Source of the DNA: Bacteroidaceae bacterium
Lineage (GTDB): Bacteria > Actinomycetota > Coriobacteriia > Coriobacteriales > Coriobacteriaceae
Direction of reading: 5' to 3'
Assembly: GCA_963617695.1 (NCBI GenBank)
Contig: CAVEPV010000004.1
Coordinates: 26,834 to 90,833, forward strand
DNA length: 64,000 nucleotides
Under the pieces are notes generated by a model. The model did not search any database and was not told the DNA's origin. It saw only the letters and a list, made by a program, of their open reading frames with translations. Positions 20,001-29,320 of the stretch are shown here, one piece after another. How positions within the stretch are numbered: position 1 is the first letter of the stretch; every line of letters starts with the position of its first letter. The translations under genes and the position numbers were made by a program.

Positions 20001-22658
20001 CTAGGCGCCGAGAGCGGACTTAGCGGCCTCAAGAGCAGCAGGGATACCCTCGACCTTGCTGCCGCCAGCCTGAGCCATGTTGGGACGGCCGCCACCGCGA
20101 CCATCAACCAGAGGAGCAACAGTCTTGATGATGTTGCCGGCATGGAAGCCAGCCGCAACGGCGCCGTCGCCGGCAGCGGCGATAAGCGCCGGGGTGCCCT
20201 TCTCAGTCACGGTCGCAAGAACGCAGGCTGCGTTTGCACCGAGCTTGGCGTGCACGGTGTCCCAGACATTGCGCAGGTCAGCAGCCTCAAGACCCTTGAG
20301 CTCGGCAACAACAAGCTTGTAGCCGTTGACCTCGACGGCAGCCTCGATGGCCGAACCGATAGCGTCGGAAGAGCCACCGGTGAGCGCCTTCTTGAGCTTG
20401 GACGCGGTCTCGCGCAGCTCGACGGTAAGGGCGGCGGCGCGAGCAGGCACCTCGTCGGCGCGGCACTTGAGCGAACGGGCGGCCTCATCGACGAGGGCCA
20501 AACGAGTCGTCATGTAGTCGAGCGCGCCCTTAGAGGTCACAGCCTCGATACGACGAACATTGGAACCAGTGGAGGACTCGCTCACGATCTTGAAGATGCC
20601 GATCTCGGCCGTGTTGCCCACGTGAGTACCGCCGCAGAGCTCGCGACTGAACGGCACGTCCTCGGCACCAACCGAAACGACGCGCACGGTGTCGCCATAC
20701 TTCTCGCCAAAGAGGGCGACAGCGCCCGAAGCACGGGCCTCGTCAATACCCATAACGCGAGTCACGACGGGCTTAGCTGCAAAGATCTGAGCATTGACGA
20801 GCGCCTCGACCTGCTCGAGCTGATCAGCGGAGAGGGCCTCGAAGTGCGTGAAGTCAAAGCGCAGGTGCTCGGGAGAAACGAGGGAGCCGGCCTGGGAGAC
20901 ATGCTCGCCCAGAACCTGCTTGAGAGCGGCGTCGAGCAGGTGGGTCGCCGTATGGTTGCGGCAAAGCAGACCGCGACGATCGCCATTGACGGAAGCGCTC
21001 ACGACATCGCCCACAGAGACGGTGCCGCTAGCGACGGAGCCAACATGGGCATAGATGCCGTTGTGGTTCTTGGTGTCGACGACCGTGAAGGAAAGGCCAT
21101 TGGCACTAAGCACGCCGGTGTCGCCTTGCTGACCGCCCATCTCGGCATAGAACGGCGTGGAGTCGAGCACGATCTCGACGTCCTCGCCCGCAGCGGCTGA
21201 CTCGACGCTGCGGCCATCGCGAACGATAGCCACCACCTTGGAGTCGCTCTTCTCAAGGCTCTCGTAACCGACGAATGAGGTCGCGGAAAGAACGTCGGAA
21301 AGCTCAACCCAAATATCGTTGAAGGAGCCCCAGGCATCGCCCTTGGCAGCGGCGCGTGCGCGCTCCTTCTGCTCGGCCATGCAGGCGTTGAAGCCGTCCA
21401 TGTCGACGTCGTGGCCAGCCGCAGCGGCGATCTCGACCGTAAGGTCGATGGGGAAACCAAAGGTATCGTGCAGCTTGAAGGCGACCTCACCAGCAAGAAC
21501 GGCGGCTTCCTCAAGCTCTTCCAGAGCCTCGTCAAGGTAGGTGCGGCCGTTGTCGAGCGTAGTGGAGAAACGCTCCTCCTCTGCAGCGACGATACCGCGC
21601 ACCAGGGAGACATTCTTCAGAAGCTCGGGGTAGGCCTCCCCCATCAGGTTGTTAACCTCGTCGATGAAGGTGTTGAGGAATGCTCCCTCGATGCCCAGAA
21701 GGCGGCCGTGGAACACGGCGCGGCGCAGAAGACGACGCAGGACGTACTCGCGCCCCTCGTTGCCGGGCAGGACGCCATCGGAGATCATGAAGTCGACGGC
21801 GCGAGCATGGTCGGCGATGATGCGCAGGCTACGGCTCGCACCCTCATAGGAGTTGGAATCGTAGGTCTTGCCCGAAATCTTCTCGCCGAGCGAGATGAGA
21901 CCCTGCATAAGGTCGCCGTCGTAGTTTGCACTCTTGTGCTGCATGATGGCAGCCATGCGCTCGAGGCCCATGCCAGTATCGAGATTGCGGTGAGGCAGCT
22001 CGGGCATCGAGCCATCCTCCTGGCGATCGAACTGAGTGAACACGAGGTTCCAGAACTCGAGGAAGCGATCGCAGTCGCAGCCGGGAGCGCAATCGGGCTC
22101 GCCGCATCCGACCTCCTCGCCCTGATCAAAGTAGATCTCAGAGCACGGACCGCAGGGGCCGGTGGGACCGGCCGCCCAGAAGTTGTCGTCCTCGCCCAGA
22201 CGGGAGATGTGGTCGTCGGCTACGCCCAAAGAACGCCAGACGTCGTAGGTCTCGTCGTCGTCGGTGAAGACGGTGAAGTACAGACGGTCGAGAGGAAGCT
22301 TGAAGACCTCGGTAATGAGCTCAAAAGCCCACGCGCAAGCCTGCTGCTTGGAGACGCCGCCGAAGGAGAAGTCGCCGAGCATCTCGAAGAACGAGAGATG
22401 ACGGCCGTCCTCACCGATTACATCGATGTCGTTCGTGCGCACGCACTTCTGGCACGAGCAGGCGCCGATCTCCTTCATGGTCTTCTTGCCCTGGTAGTAC
22501 TCCTTGAACTGGTTCATGCCCGCATTGGCAAGAAGCAGCGAGGGATCATCGGGAACGAGCGAGGAGCTGGGATAAAGCTTGAGGCCGCGCTCTTCAAAGA
22601 AGCCAAGGAACGCCGAGCGGATCTCAGCGGTCGTCATAGAGGGAAAGTCCGTGGTCAT
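20001..22658 (-). CDS. alaS: alanine--tRNA ligase
   Basis: NAGMNQFK, FFEMLG, GPCGPCSEI, DTGMGLER, NHTATH and ELCGGTH editing motifs, GRGGG..AQAGG. Confidence 0.98.
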   Translation of the reverse strand: MTTDFPSMTTAEIRSAFLGFFEERGLKLYPSSSLVPDDPSLLLANAGMNQFKEYYQGKKTMKEIGACSCQKCVRTNDIDVIGEDGRHLSFFEMLGDFSFGGVSKQQACAWAFELITEVFKLPLDRLYFTVFTDDDETYDVWRSLGVADDHISRLGEDDNFWAAGPTGPCGPCSEIYFDQGEEVGCGEPDCAPGCDCDRFLEFWNLVFTQFDRQEDGSMPELPHRNLDTGMGLERMAAIMQHKSANYDGDLMQGLISLGEKISGKTYDSNSYEGASRSLRIIADHARAVDFMISDGVLPGNEGREYVLRRLLRRAVFHGRLLGIEGAFLNTFIDEVNNLMGEAYPELLKNVSLVRGIVAAEEERFSTTLDNGRTYLDEALEELEEAAVLAGEVAFKLHDTFGFPIDLTVEIAAAAGHDVDMDGFNACMAEQKERARAAAKGDAWGSFNDIWVELSDVLSATSFVGYESLEKSDSKVVAIVRDGRSVESAAAGEDVEIVLDSTPFYAEMGGQQGDTGVLSANGLSFTVVDTKNHNGIYAHVGSVASGTVSVGDVVSASVNGDRRGLLCRNHTATHLLDAALKQVLGEHVSQAGSLVSPEHLRFDFTHFEALSADQLEQVEALVNAQIFAAKPVVTRVMGIDEARASGAVALFGEKYGDTVRVVSVGAEDVPFSRELCGGTHVGNTAEIGIFKIVSESSTGSNVRRIEAVTSKGALDYMTTRLALVDEAARSLKCRADEVPARAAALTVELRETASKLKKALTGGSSDAIGSAIEAAVEVNGYKLVVAELKGLEAADLRNVWDTVHAKLGANAACVLATVTEKGTPALIAAAGDGAVAAGFHAGNIIKTVAPLVDGRGGGRPNMAQAGGSKVEGIPAALEAAKSALGA

Positions 22659-22798
22659 GTGTTACGACTCCAACCGTGCAGGGAGGCGCCGGACGCGTTC
22701 CGGCACCGTACATTCAAACGGAAAAGATTGTAGCAGCTAAGGCGCGCGCTGTGCAGCGGTGGCAACAGGGTTGTAATGCCCCACACATTTCGCGGGAA

Positions 22799-24220
22799 CT
22801 AGTGGGAGGAGTCCTCACCGTCGCCGTCCTCCCCTTCCACGGAATCTGAATCGTCTGCGGCAAAGGGGTTGCGAAACATCCCGGTCTGGCCGGGTTTTCC
22901 CGTAGGCACCTGCAGGATATTGAGGGCGGGCCAAGGGTTGTCAAGTGCAGGTTTGGGCTTAGCGCTTGCAGAGGGCGCTGCCTCGTTCTCAATCAGCTCA
23001 GAATCGGAAACAAACGAATCGTCACCCAGAGCGTCATAGGCCGGAACAGGGCGCCCTGCCTCGTCAACAAACGGTGTGCCGCGGAAAAACGCACCATCAT
23101 AGGAGACGAGCTGGCGCTTGGTGTCCTCCTCGAAGTAAAAGACAAACGTACCCTTGAGCGCAGCGCACAGGGGTATGGCCACGACCATGCCGAGCGGACC
23201 CATGAGTGCGCTTCCCACCACGAGCGCAGAAAGGCTCATGGCCGGGTGCACCTGAACCGCCGTCTGCATAACCTTGGGCGAAACCACGTTGTCGGTGATG
23301 TTCTGGGCGACAACAGTGACCACGAGTGTCCACAGCGCTAGCCACGGGCTGTACATAAATGCGATCACGCACGCAAGCGCCGCAGAGATCCAAGGACCAA
23401 CGACCGGGATGAGATGCAAGATGCCCGTCATGAGTCCCATAAGCGAGGCATACGGGTGCCCGACGATAAGAAAGCCGATAAACGCCAGGACACCGCCCAC
23501 AATCGATGTGATAACCATGCCGCGCATGTAGCCGCCGATGGAGCGAGAAAAAATCGCGACCATAAAACGATACGTGGTCTCTTTGTCCTCGCCGATGATG
23601 ATGCCGATCTCGCGATGAATGCGCGGATAGTCGCATGCAAGCCAATAGGCCAGCACCAGGCCGAGGAAAACAACGAACAACTGCGATGCGATAGCCGAGA
23701 CAAACGGCATCACGCCACGGCCAAGGTCGCTCGCAAACTGGCGTCCATAGGTCTGGGCGATGTCGGCCAGCGAGGCGAAGACGGAGTCGAGATTCTCGGC
23801 CCAGGGGCCCTCGGAGAACATCTTGAAGTTCTGCATCTGGGTCGCGAGCAGCTGGCCAAGCTCACGAAGTTGGGTGGGAAGCTGAGTCAAGATCTCGATA
23901 CACTGCTCAACCAAAAGCGGCACGAACGCCATGAAGAATATGGTGATAACGGCCACGACGACAACGAGGCCGATAAAGGCTCCCAAACCGCGGGGCACGT
24001 TGCGGTGCTCCAAAAAGTTAACGATCGGCGCCTCGACGAACGCGATGAGCGAACCGACGGCCAAAAACTCGATGACCGGGGACAGGACGCCCAAAACATT
24101 GAGCACGGTGGCCGCGATGATAATCGCACCAACCAAGCTCCAGATGCGAATAAGCGTCAGCCGCGCCCCGGGAAGGCGGGACTCGGCATTCTCTCGACGT
24201 CTGTTCGACCCCGTTGTCAT
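22799..24220 (-). CDS. AI-2E family transporter
   Basis: multi-TM; IPVVGP, Q..DN...PKVM...VHP, G..G...AIP motifs; acidic C-terminal tail. Confidence 0.88.
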   Translation of the reverse strand: MTTGSNRRRENAESRLPGARLTLIRIWSLVGAIIIAATVLNVLGVLSPVIEFLAVGSLIAFVEAPIVNFLEHRNVPRGLGAFIGLVVVVAVITIFFMAFVPLLVEQCIEILTQLPTQLRELGQLLATQMQNFKMFSEGPWAENLDSVFASLADIAQTYGRQFASDLGRGVMPFVSAIASQLFVVFLGLVLAYWLACDYPRIHREIGIIIGEDKETTYRFMVAIFSRSIGGYMRGMVITSIVGGVLAFIGFLIVGHPYASLMGLMTGILHLIPVVGPWISAALACVIAFMYSPWLALWTLVVTVVAQNITDNVVSPKVMQTAVQVHPAMSLSALVVGSALMGPLGMVVAIPLCAALKGTFVFYFEEDTKRQLVSYDGAFFRGTPFVDEAGRPVPAYDALGDDSFVSDSELIENEAAPSASAKPKPALDNPWPALNILQVPTGKPGQTGMFRNPFAADDSDSVEGEDGDGEDSSH

Positions 24221-25008
24221 TGCTTGCTCATCACACCTTCGGGATCGATCTTGTCCTGAACCTTCTTGAGAGTTCGACGCAGCAGGCGCGAAACCTGCAC
24301 CTGAGAGATGCCGAGTTTCTGCGCAATCTCGATCTGAGTCATCCCCTTGAGGAAGCGAAGCTCAATGATCTCGCGTTCGCGCGGCGAGAAGTCCCGCAGG
24401 GCCTCTTCCAGAACCAACCGATCGTCGGTGAACGCGAGGTCGGAATCTTCGGTAACGTAGCGATCGATAACCGAGGGGGCATCATCGGAATCAGAACCGC
24501 TGGGGGCCTCAAGGGGCACCGAGCTGTACGCGCTCGACGATTCCATGGCCTCAAGCACGTCATCGACCGTGGCATCAAGGTACTCGGCGATCTCCTCAAC
24601 CTTGGGTGAGCGCTGAAGCTGAGCTGTCAGAGTATCGGTCGCTTGGTTGACCTTGGCAGAAAGCTCCTGGAGGCGACGCGGAACACGTACGCTCCAGCCC
24701 TTGTCCCGGAAGTGGCGCTTGATCTCACCCATGATCGTGGGCGTGGCGTAGGTTGTGAACTCAAGCCCGCGATCAGGGTCAAAGCGATCGATCGCCTTAA
24801 GCAGGCCCAGATAGCCTACCTGCATGAGGTCGTCGAGCGGCTCGCCGCGGTTCTTGAATTTATTGGCAAGGAAGCGAACAAGGTTCATATGGGACATGAC
24901 GAGCTTCTCGCGCGCATCCATATCGCCGTCCTGTTTGTAACGACGAAACAGTTCGCGCGTGCGCTCCTTGTCCCACGCGTTCTTGCCCGAAGAGGTTTTT
25001 TCGGCCAT
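24217..25008 (-). CDS. SigB/SigF/SigG family RNA polymerase sigma factor
   Basis: DDLMQVGYLGLLKAIDRFDP.RG.EF.TYATPTI.GEIKRHFRDKGW.VRVPRRLQE; region 4 MTQ.EIA..LGISQ.QVSRL. Confidence 0.95.
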   Translation of the reverse strand: MAEKTSSGKNAWDKERTRELFRRYKQDGDMDAREKLVMSHMNLVRFLANKFKNRGEPLDDLMQVGYLGLLKAIDRFDPDRGLEFTTYATPTIMGEIKRHFRDKGWSVRVPRRLQELSAKVNQATDTLTAQLQRSPKVEEIAEYLDATVDDVLEAMESSSAYSSVPLEAPSGSDSDDAPSVIDRYVTEDSDLAFTDDRLVLEEALRDFSPREREIIELRFLKGMTQIEIAQKLGISQVQVSRLLRRTLKKVQDKIDPEGVMSKQ

Positions 25009-25385
25009 TAAACATCAGCCTTAATGTCGAGTACGAGGCGCGCAGGGCCTTCCAGGCGCTCATAGGAGTCACAGACAGAGGCCAGGATGAGGTCGGCATA
25101 AGCGGCCGTAGGATCGTCCTCGGTGGGCTCGGCGAACGGAACATCACCGAGGTCGAAGGTCAGGCCCACGTGCTCGGCGTCCACGTCAAACGCAATGGAG
25201 ATGTTGCCATCGGGGTTGGTCGCGCAAGAAAAGATGAACGCCTCCTCCGCAGCCATGCGAAGATCCTCAACGCGGTCGACCGTCATAGAAGAGAGCATGG
25301 CAACGTTGGCTGCAGTCATGCGAACCAGGCGGGCCAGGTCGGGGCACGCCTGGAGCTGCAGGGAGATGTTGTTCGAGTTACTCAT
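25008..25385 (-). CDS. anti-sigma factor (RsbW/UsfX-like), degenerate ATPase fold
   Basis: LVR..A...A......D.VEDLR.A.EEA pattern directly upstream of and overlapping the sigma gene; start ATG 25385. Confidence 0.75.
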   Translation of the reverse strand: MSNSNNISLQLQACPDLARLVRMTAANVAMLSSMTVDRVEDLRMAAEEAFIFSCATNPDGNISIAFDVDAEHVGLTFDLGDVPFAEPTEDDPTAAYADLILASVCDSYERLEGPARLVLDIKADV

Positions 25386-25944
25386 CGGAGCCCTCCTTCT
25401 GCACAGACGCAGCGTCAACAGTGGCGGGGTCGTAGGTGTAGTAAGCGTTCGCACTCGCAGCCTGGTCGTCAGACTCGCTCGTGCAGTTCCAAATGTCCTC
25501 ACCCGCGGCTTCGGTCAACACATGCGAACCCGAATCGGGGGTGTCAGCGCCCTTCCTGTTGAAGAGTTTCTGAACCTTCTCGGTCGCGGCATCGGCAATG
25601 CTAGAGACAGCCCCCGAGGCGTTAGTAACGTTGCCGGAGATCTGAGAAACGTCACGCAGCACAGCGTTTACCTCAAGAAGATCGGCGGAGAGCGTCTCGA
25701 CAGCGATGCTGCTGTTATGCAGCAGGGGCTCAAGCTGGTCGAGCGCAGGCTGCAGAGAATCCATGGTCTCGTCCAGACGCGTGATGACGGGGCGCACGTC
25801 CTCGATCGTCGCGTTGATGCCCTCGACGGTCTTGTCGAGCGACGCGATGGTCTCGCGCGTGCGGCGCAGCACGAGCGCGACCTCAACTACGGCCCAAACG
25901 CCGGCCACGGCCAGCACAATAAGGGCGATTTGCATAGGATCCAT
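25378..25944 (-). CDS. DUF948 (YtxG-like) membrane-anchored coiled-coil protein
   Basis: N-terminal TM then heptad helix; SD CAGGAGG before ATG 25944; family call by pattern only. Confidence 0.65.
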   Translation of the reverse strand: MDPMQIALIVLAVAGVWAVVEVALVLRRTRETIASLDKTVEGINATIEDVRPVITRLDETMDSLQPALDQLEPLLHNSSIAVETLSADLLEVNAVLRDVSQISGNVTNASGAVSSIADAATEKVQKLFNRKGADTPDSGSHVLTEAAGEDIWNCTSESDDQAASANAYYTYDPATVDAASVQKEGSDE

Positions 25945-26001
25945 CAAAACCTCCTGCGCAACGGGTGCACGCACCGAATACGAATTTACTAATGCTCAAG
26001 G

Positions 26002-26026
26002 ATACCCCAACGTCTTTGAGATATGC
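26002..26026 (-). promoter_or_regulatory. candidate SigB/SigF-type promoter of the sigma operon
   Basis: GCATA-N14-GGGTAT about 58 nt upstream of the DUF948 start. Confidence 0.45.
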
Positions 26027-26067
26027 GATGAGTCCAGGAGTTGCCCAGACGCAAAGCGCATTGGAGC

Positions 26068-27411
26068 CTATGCCGCCCCTCCCGAGCGGTCACGGAAAGA
26101 CTGCTCCAGACGCCACTGTTCCCATCCGCGGCCGGCCGGCTTCCAGAAGGCACCTCGCTCAAGGCCCTCAGGCAGATAGCGCTGATCGACCCAGCCCTCC
26201 GGATAGTCATGGGGATACAGATAGGGCCCGTACTCATCAGAACCGGGACGATGTCGATCGCGCAGATAGGACGGTACCTCGCGCCGGCCGCTCGTGCGGA
26301 CGTCTTCAAGTGCGGCATCGATCGCCGCCTCGCAAGCGTTCGACTTGGGCGCCAACGCAACGTAGAGCGCGGCCTGCGCCAAGTTGATACGGCACTCGGG
26401 ATAACCGATGACCTCGGCAGACTTAAACGCCGCCTCGGCAACGAGAAGCGCAGTCGGATCCGCGTTCCCCACGTCCTCGGATGCGTGAATCATGATGCGG
26501 CGGGCGATGAACTTGGGATCCTCCCCCGCGTCGATCATGCGCGCCAGCCAATAGACCGTAGCATCCGGATCGGAGCCGCGCATAGACTTGATGAACGCCG
26601 AGATGATGTCGTAGTGCATGTCGCCAGATTTGTCGTAAGTAAATCCACGGCGCGGGTTTGCGACCTGAACATCATCGAGCGTAATCGCGCGTGGAACGTC
26701 CTCAGAAGAGTCATCTGCCTCAGGCCGCGTAATCGCAACCTCGCTAGCAAGCTCAAGCGTGGTGAGCGCTGAGCGCGCATCCCCAGCCGCCAGCATACAG
26801 ATGGCCTCGACCACCTCATCGGTTGCCGAGAACTTGCCATCGAGCCCTTGAGGAGACTCGAGCGCGCGTCGAACCAGCGTGGCGATGTCCTCGTTAGAGA
26901 GCGCCTCGAGCTCCACCACGCGCCCGCGTGAAAGAAGCGCGGAGTTCACCTCAAAATACGGGTTCTCCGTAGTAGCACCGATCATCACTACGGTGCGGTT
27001 CTCGACGGCATGAAGCAGGGCGTCTTGCTGCGAGCGCGAGAAACGGTGAATCTCGTCGATAAACAGAATCGTGCGACGGTCAAAATTCAACAGGCGGCGA
27101 CGCGCCTCTTCGATCTCGCGGCGCAGATCCTTTACTGTGCCGGTAATGGCCGAGACCTCAACGAACTCGCTCTTGGTATGCGCGGCAATGATATGAGCCA
27201 GCGTGGTCTTTCCGGTGCCCGCCGGCCCATAGAGGATCACGCTCGAAAGCACGTCATGCTCAATTGCGGAGCGGAGCCACGAACCGGGGCCGACGGCCTT
27301 CTGCTGACCGACGTACTCGTCGAGGGTTGAAGGGCGCATGCGCACGGCAAGCGGGGCGTTCCGCAGGCTCTGCGCCTTTTCTTTGGATGTGAACAGGGTA
27401 TCGGTATCCAT
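26068..27411 (-). CDS. rarA: replication-associated recombination protein A (RarA/MgsA)
   Basis: [61 protein letters not shown]. Confidence 0.95.
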   Translation of the reverse strand: MDTDTLFTSKEKAQSLRNAPLAVRMRPSTLDEYVGQQKAVGPGSWLRSAIEHDVLSSVILYGPAGTGKTTLAHIIAAHTKSEFVEVSAITGTVKDLRREIEEARRRLLNFDRRTILFIDEIHRFSRSQQDALLHAVENRTVVMIGATTENPYFEVNSALLSRGRVVELEALSNEDIATLVRRALESPQGLDGKFSATDEVVEAICMLAAGDARSALTTLELASEVAITRPEADDSSEDVPRAITLDDVQVANPRRGFTYDKSGDMHYDIISAFIKSMRGSDPDATVYWLARMIDAGEDPKFIARRIMIHASEDVGNADPTALLVAEAAFKSAEVIGYPECRINLAQAALYVALAPKSNACEAAIDAALEDVRTSGRREVPSYLRDRHRPGSDEYGPYLYPHDYPEGWVDQRYLPEGLERGAFWKPAGRGWEQWRLEQSFRDRSGGAA

Positions 27412-28652
27412 CAGTACTCGTTAATGTAGGTCCGGCGCGGAAAATGCAGTTCGGGAAACAGCTTACAGGCGAGCTCGGTGAAATAGCCGTCCGTCATGCT
27501 AGCGATATAGTCGACAACCGTCTGGTTGGGGTCGCCCTTCCAGTCGTAAGTCTTGTCGTAATACGAAAGTGCTCGCTCGGTACGGGCGATGTGGTGGCGG
27601 AAAATGTAGCTCGATTCATCCCCAGACTTCAGGTCGCTCAAGAAGTGCTCGTACATAAGCTCAAAGGCGTGTGTGAGCATCTCGGAGCGCTCTTCTTCGA
27701 CCCCGGACGAATGATAGATCTTCTCGTAGTTTTCACGCTTGGCGCGCGAGAGCTCGCAAAACAGTTCTTCGCTCATCTCGATACGATCCTTGCCGTAACT
27801 GTGCTCGATGATGTCCACCGACGCATGCGTGAGAATCCAGGAGTTGTATCGCCCACCCAGACCATCAGAGAAGGCATCGTCATCGAGCAGACCGGCCTCG
27901 ATCGCGTCCTGACGATCGCGCCCAACATAGGCGATGATGTCCGAGATGCGCACGACGCAACCCTCAAGCGTGGCCGGACAGAGCGTCTTGACATAATCAA
28001 AATCGCTCTCATAGCAGTTCTCGACCACCTGATCGAACTCGTCAAAGCTAGATAGGCCCGAAAGCCTGAACACGCGCTGCTCGTACTCACCGTTATGGGT
28101 GAGCACACCATCAAGCGTCTGAAGAGAAACATTGCGCCCATAGAGCGTATCGAGCACGCGCACCGAGTGGACGTTGTGGTAGAAAGAGCGCCCGGTATGG
28201 GCCTCGAGCAGATCATTCAGACGATACTCACCCGCGTGTCCAAAGGGGGTATGCCCCAGGTCATGACCAAGGCCGATCGCCTCAATCAGATCGCAGTTGA
28301 GACCAAGAGCAGCACCGATGTCACGCGCGATGCGCGAGACGAGCTGCACGTGCAGGCCACGGCGAGACAGGTCGTCGTTGCTGCGAAAGCTGAAAACCTG
28401 AGTCTTGCCGTTGTAGCGGTTATAAGCCGGCAGATGGATGATTTTTTCAACGTCGCGCACAAAGGGCGGGCGAAAGATGGTCGACTCGTCCTGATTGCGC
28501 GACTCACGGCGTATGACCTGAGTATCATCGGTGCGGTACGGATTGACCCAACCGCGCACCCGATCTTCCTCCATACGTGCGATAAGGTCGGCGCTCAATC
28601 TGTCGGGCATCGAAGTCAAACGATCAGACAAAGGCATAGACCCAGCCGTCAT
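27411..28652 (-). CDS. HD-domain dNTP triphosphohydrolase (dGTPase-like)
   Basis: KTQVF, R..H, GHDLGHTPFGHAGE, SDIIAY...D..D, DYIASMTD. Confidence 0.88.
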   Translation of the reverse strand: MTAGSMPLSDRLTSMPDRLSADLIARMEEDRVRGWVNPYRTDDTQVIRRESRNQDESTIFRPPFVRDVEKIIHLPAYNRYNGKTQVFSFRSNDDLSRRGLHVQLVSRIARDIGAALGLNCDLIEAIGLGHDLGHTPFGHAGEYRLNDLLEAHTGRSFYHNVHSVRVLDTLYGRNVSLQTLDGVLTHNGEYEQRVFRLSGLSSFDEFDQVVENCYESDFDYVKTLCPATLEGCVVRISDIIAYVGRDRQDAIEAGLLDDDAFSDGLGGRYNSWILTHASVDIIEHSYGKDRIEMSEELFCELSRAKRENYEKIYHSSGVEEERSEMLTHAFELMYEHFLSDLKSGDESSYIFRHHIARTERALSYYDKTYDWKGDPNQTVVDYIASMTDGYFTELACKLFPELHFPRRTYINEY

Positions 28653-28691
28653 ATGAGTCTCCTTTCAGTGTGCTCATGTCATCTTCGCACA

Positions 28692-29132
28692 TCATAAGGA
28701 CAGCCGATAGCCGGCAAATACAAGATATGCAAGCAGGAAACAGCCGGCCAAAAAAGGAAGCATCGGTGCCGAGGAACGCCCCCGCACAAGGCAATACACA
28801 GCAAGAAGCAATGCCCCCGCACAAAACGCGACTACAGCGACAACAGGGCTCACAAGCATCAGCGCAAAGAGAACCTTGATGTCCCCCATCCCGATACCGG
28901 CACGCCCCAAAACGCACCGCCACACCAGCTCAAACAAAACTAGCGCAGCGCAGACCGCCATACCAACAAGCACACGCCGTCCCAAGGCCTCAACGCCAAA
29001 CGCGCTCCACGCATAGAGGACACCCACCGCAGCAAGCGAAAGAGAAAGCGCGTTAGGGCAAATTCGCAGCCAGGCATCCAGCCCAGCGGCAATGGATAGC
29101 AGCACAAAGAATAAACCGAGCAGCACGGACAC
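28692..29132 (-). CDS. A24 family prepilin peptidase (short TadV/CpaA type)
   Basis: hydrophobic 146 aa; D...R.CPN, GMGDIK, PMLPFL; SD GGAGGAGG. Confidence 0.75.
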   Translation of the reverse strand: MSVLLGLFFVLLSIAAGLDAWLRICPNALSLSLAAVGVLYAWSAFGVEALGRRVLVGMAVCAALVLFELVWRCVLGRAGIGMGDIKVLFALMLVSPVVAVVAFCAGALLLAVYCLVRGRSSAPMLPFLAGCFLLAYLVFAGYRLSL

Positions 29133-29320
29133 CCCTCCTCCAAGATGCCCGCCCTTCTACCCAAATCCCACGGCCTTGAGCCAAGCGGGACGACACAAGC
29201 GGATCGGGGATTTGCCGTAGCGATAGATTCCGCCCGAGCCGAAGCACCCAGTGGATGCTTCGTGCGAGCAGGGTCGACCGAATCGTTACGGCACAGCCCC
29301 ATCCCGCGGCGAGGAGAGGT

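Noticed and set aside
29161..29215. GGCAAA on the - strand resembling a c-di-GMP-I riboswitch
   Set aside because: No GAAA-tetraloop stem or GACGCAAAGC-like segment follows; kept only as an unexplained structure
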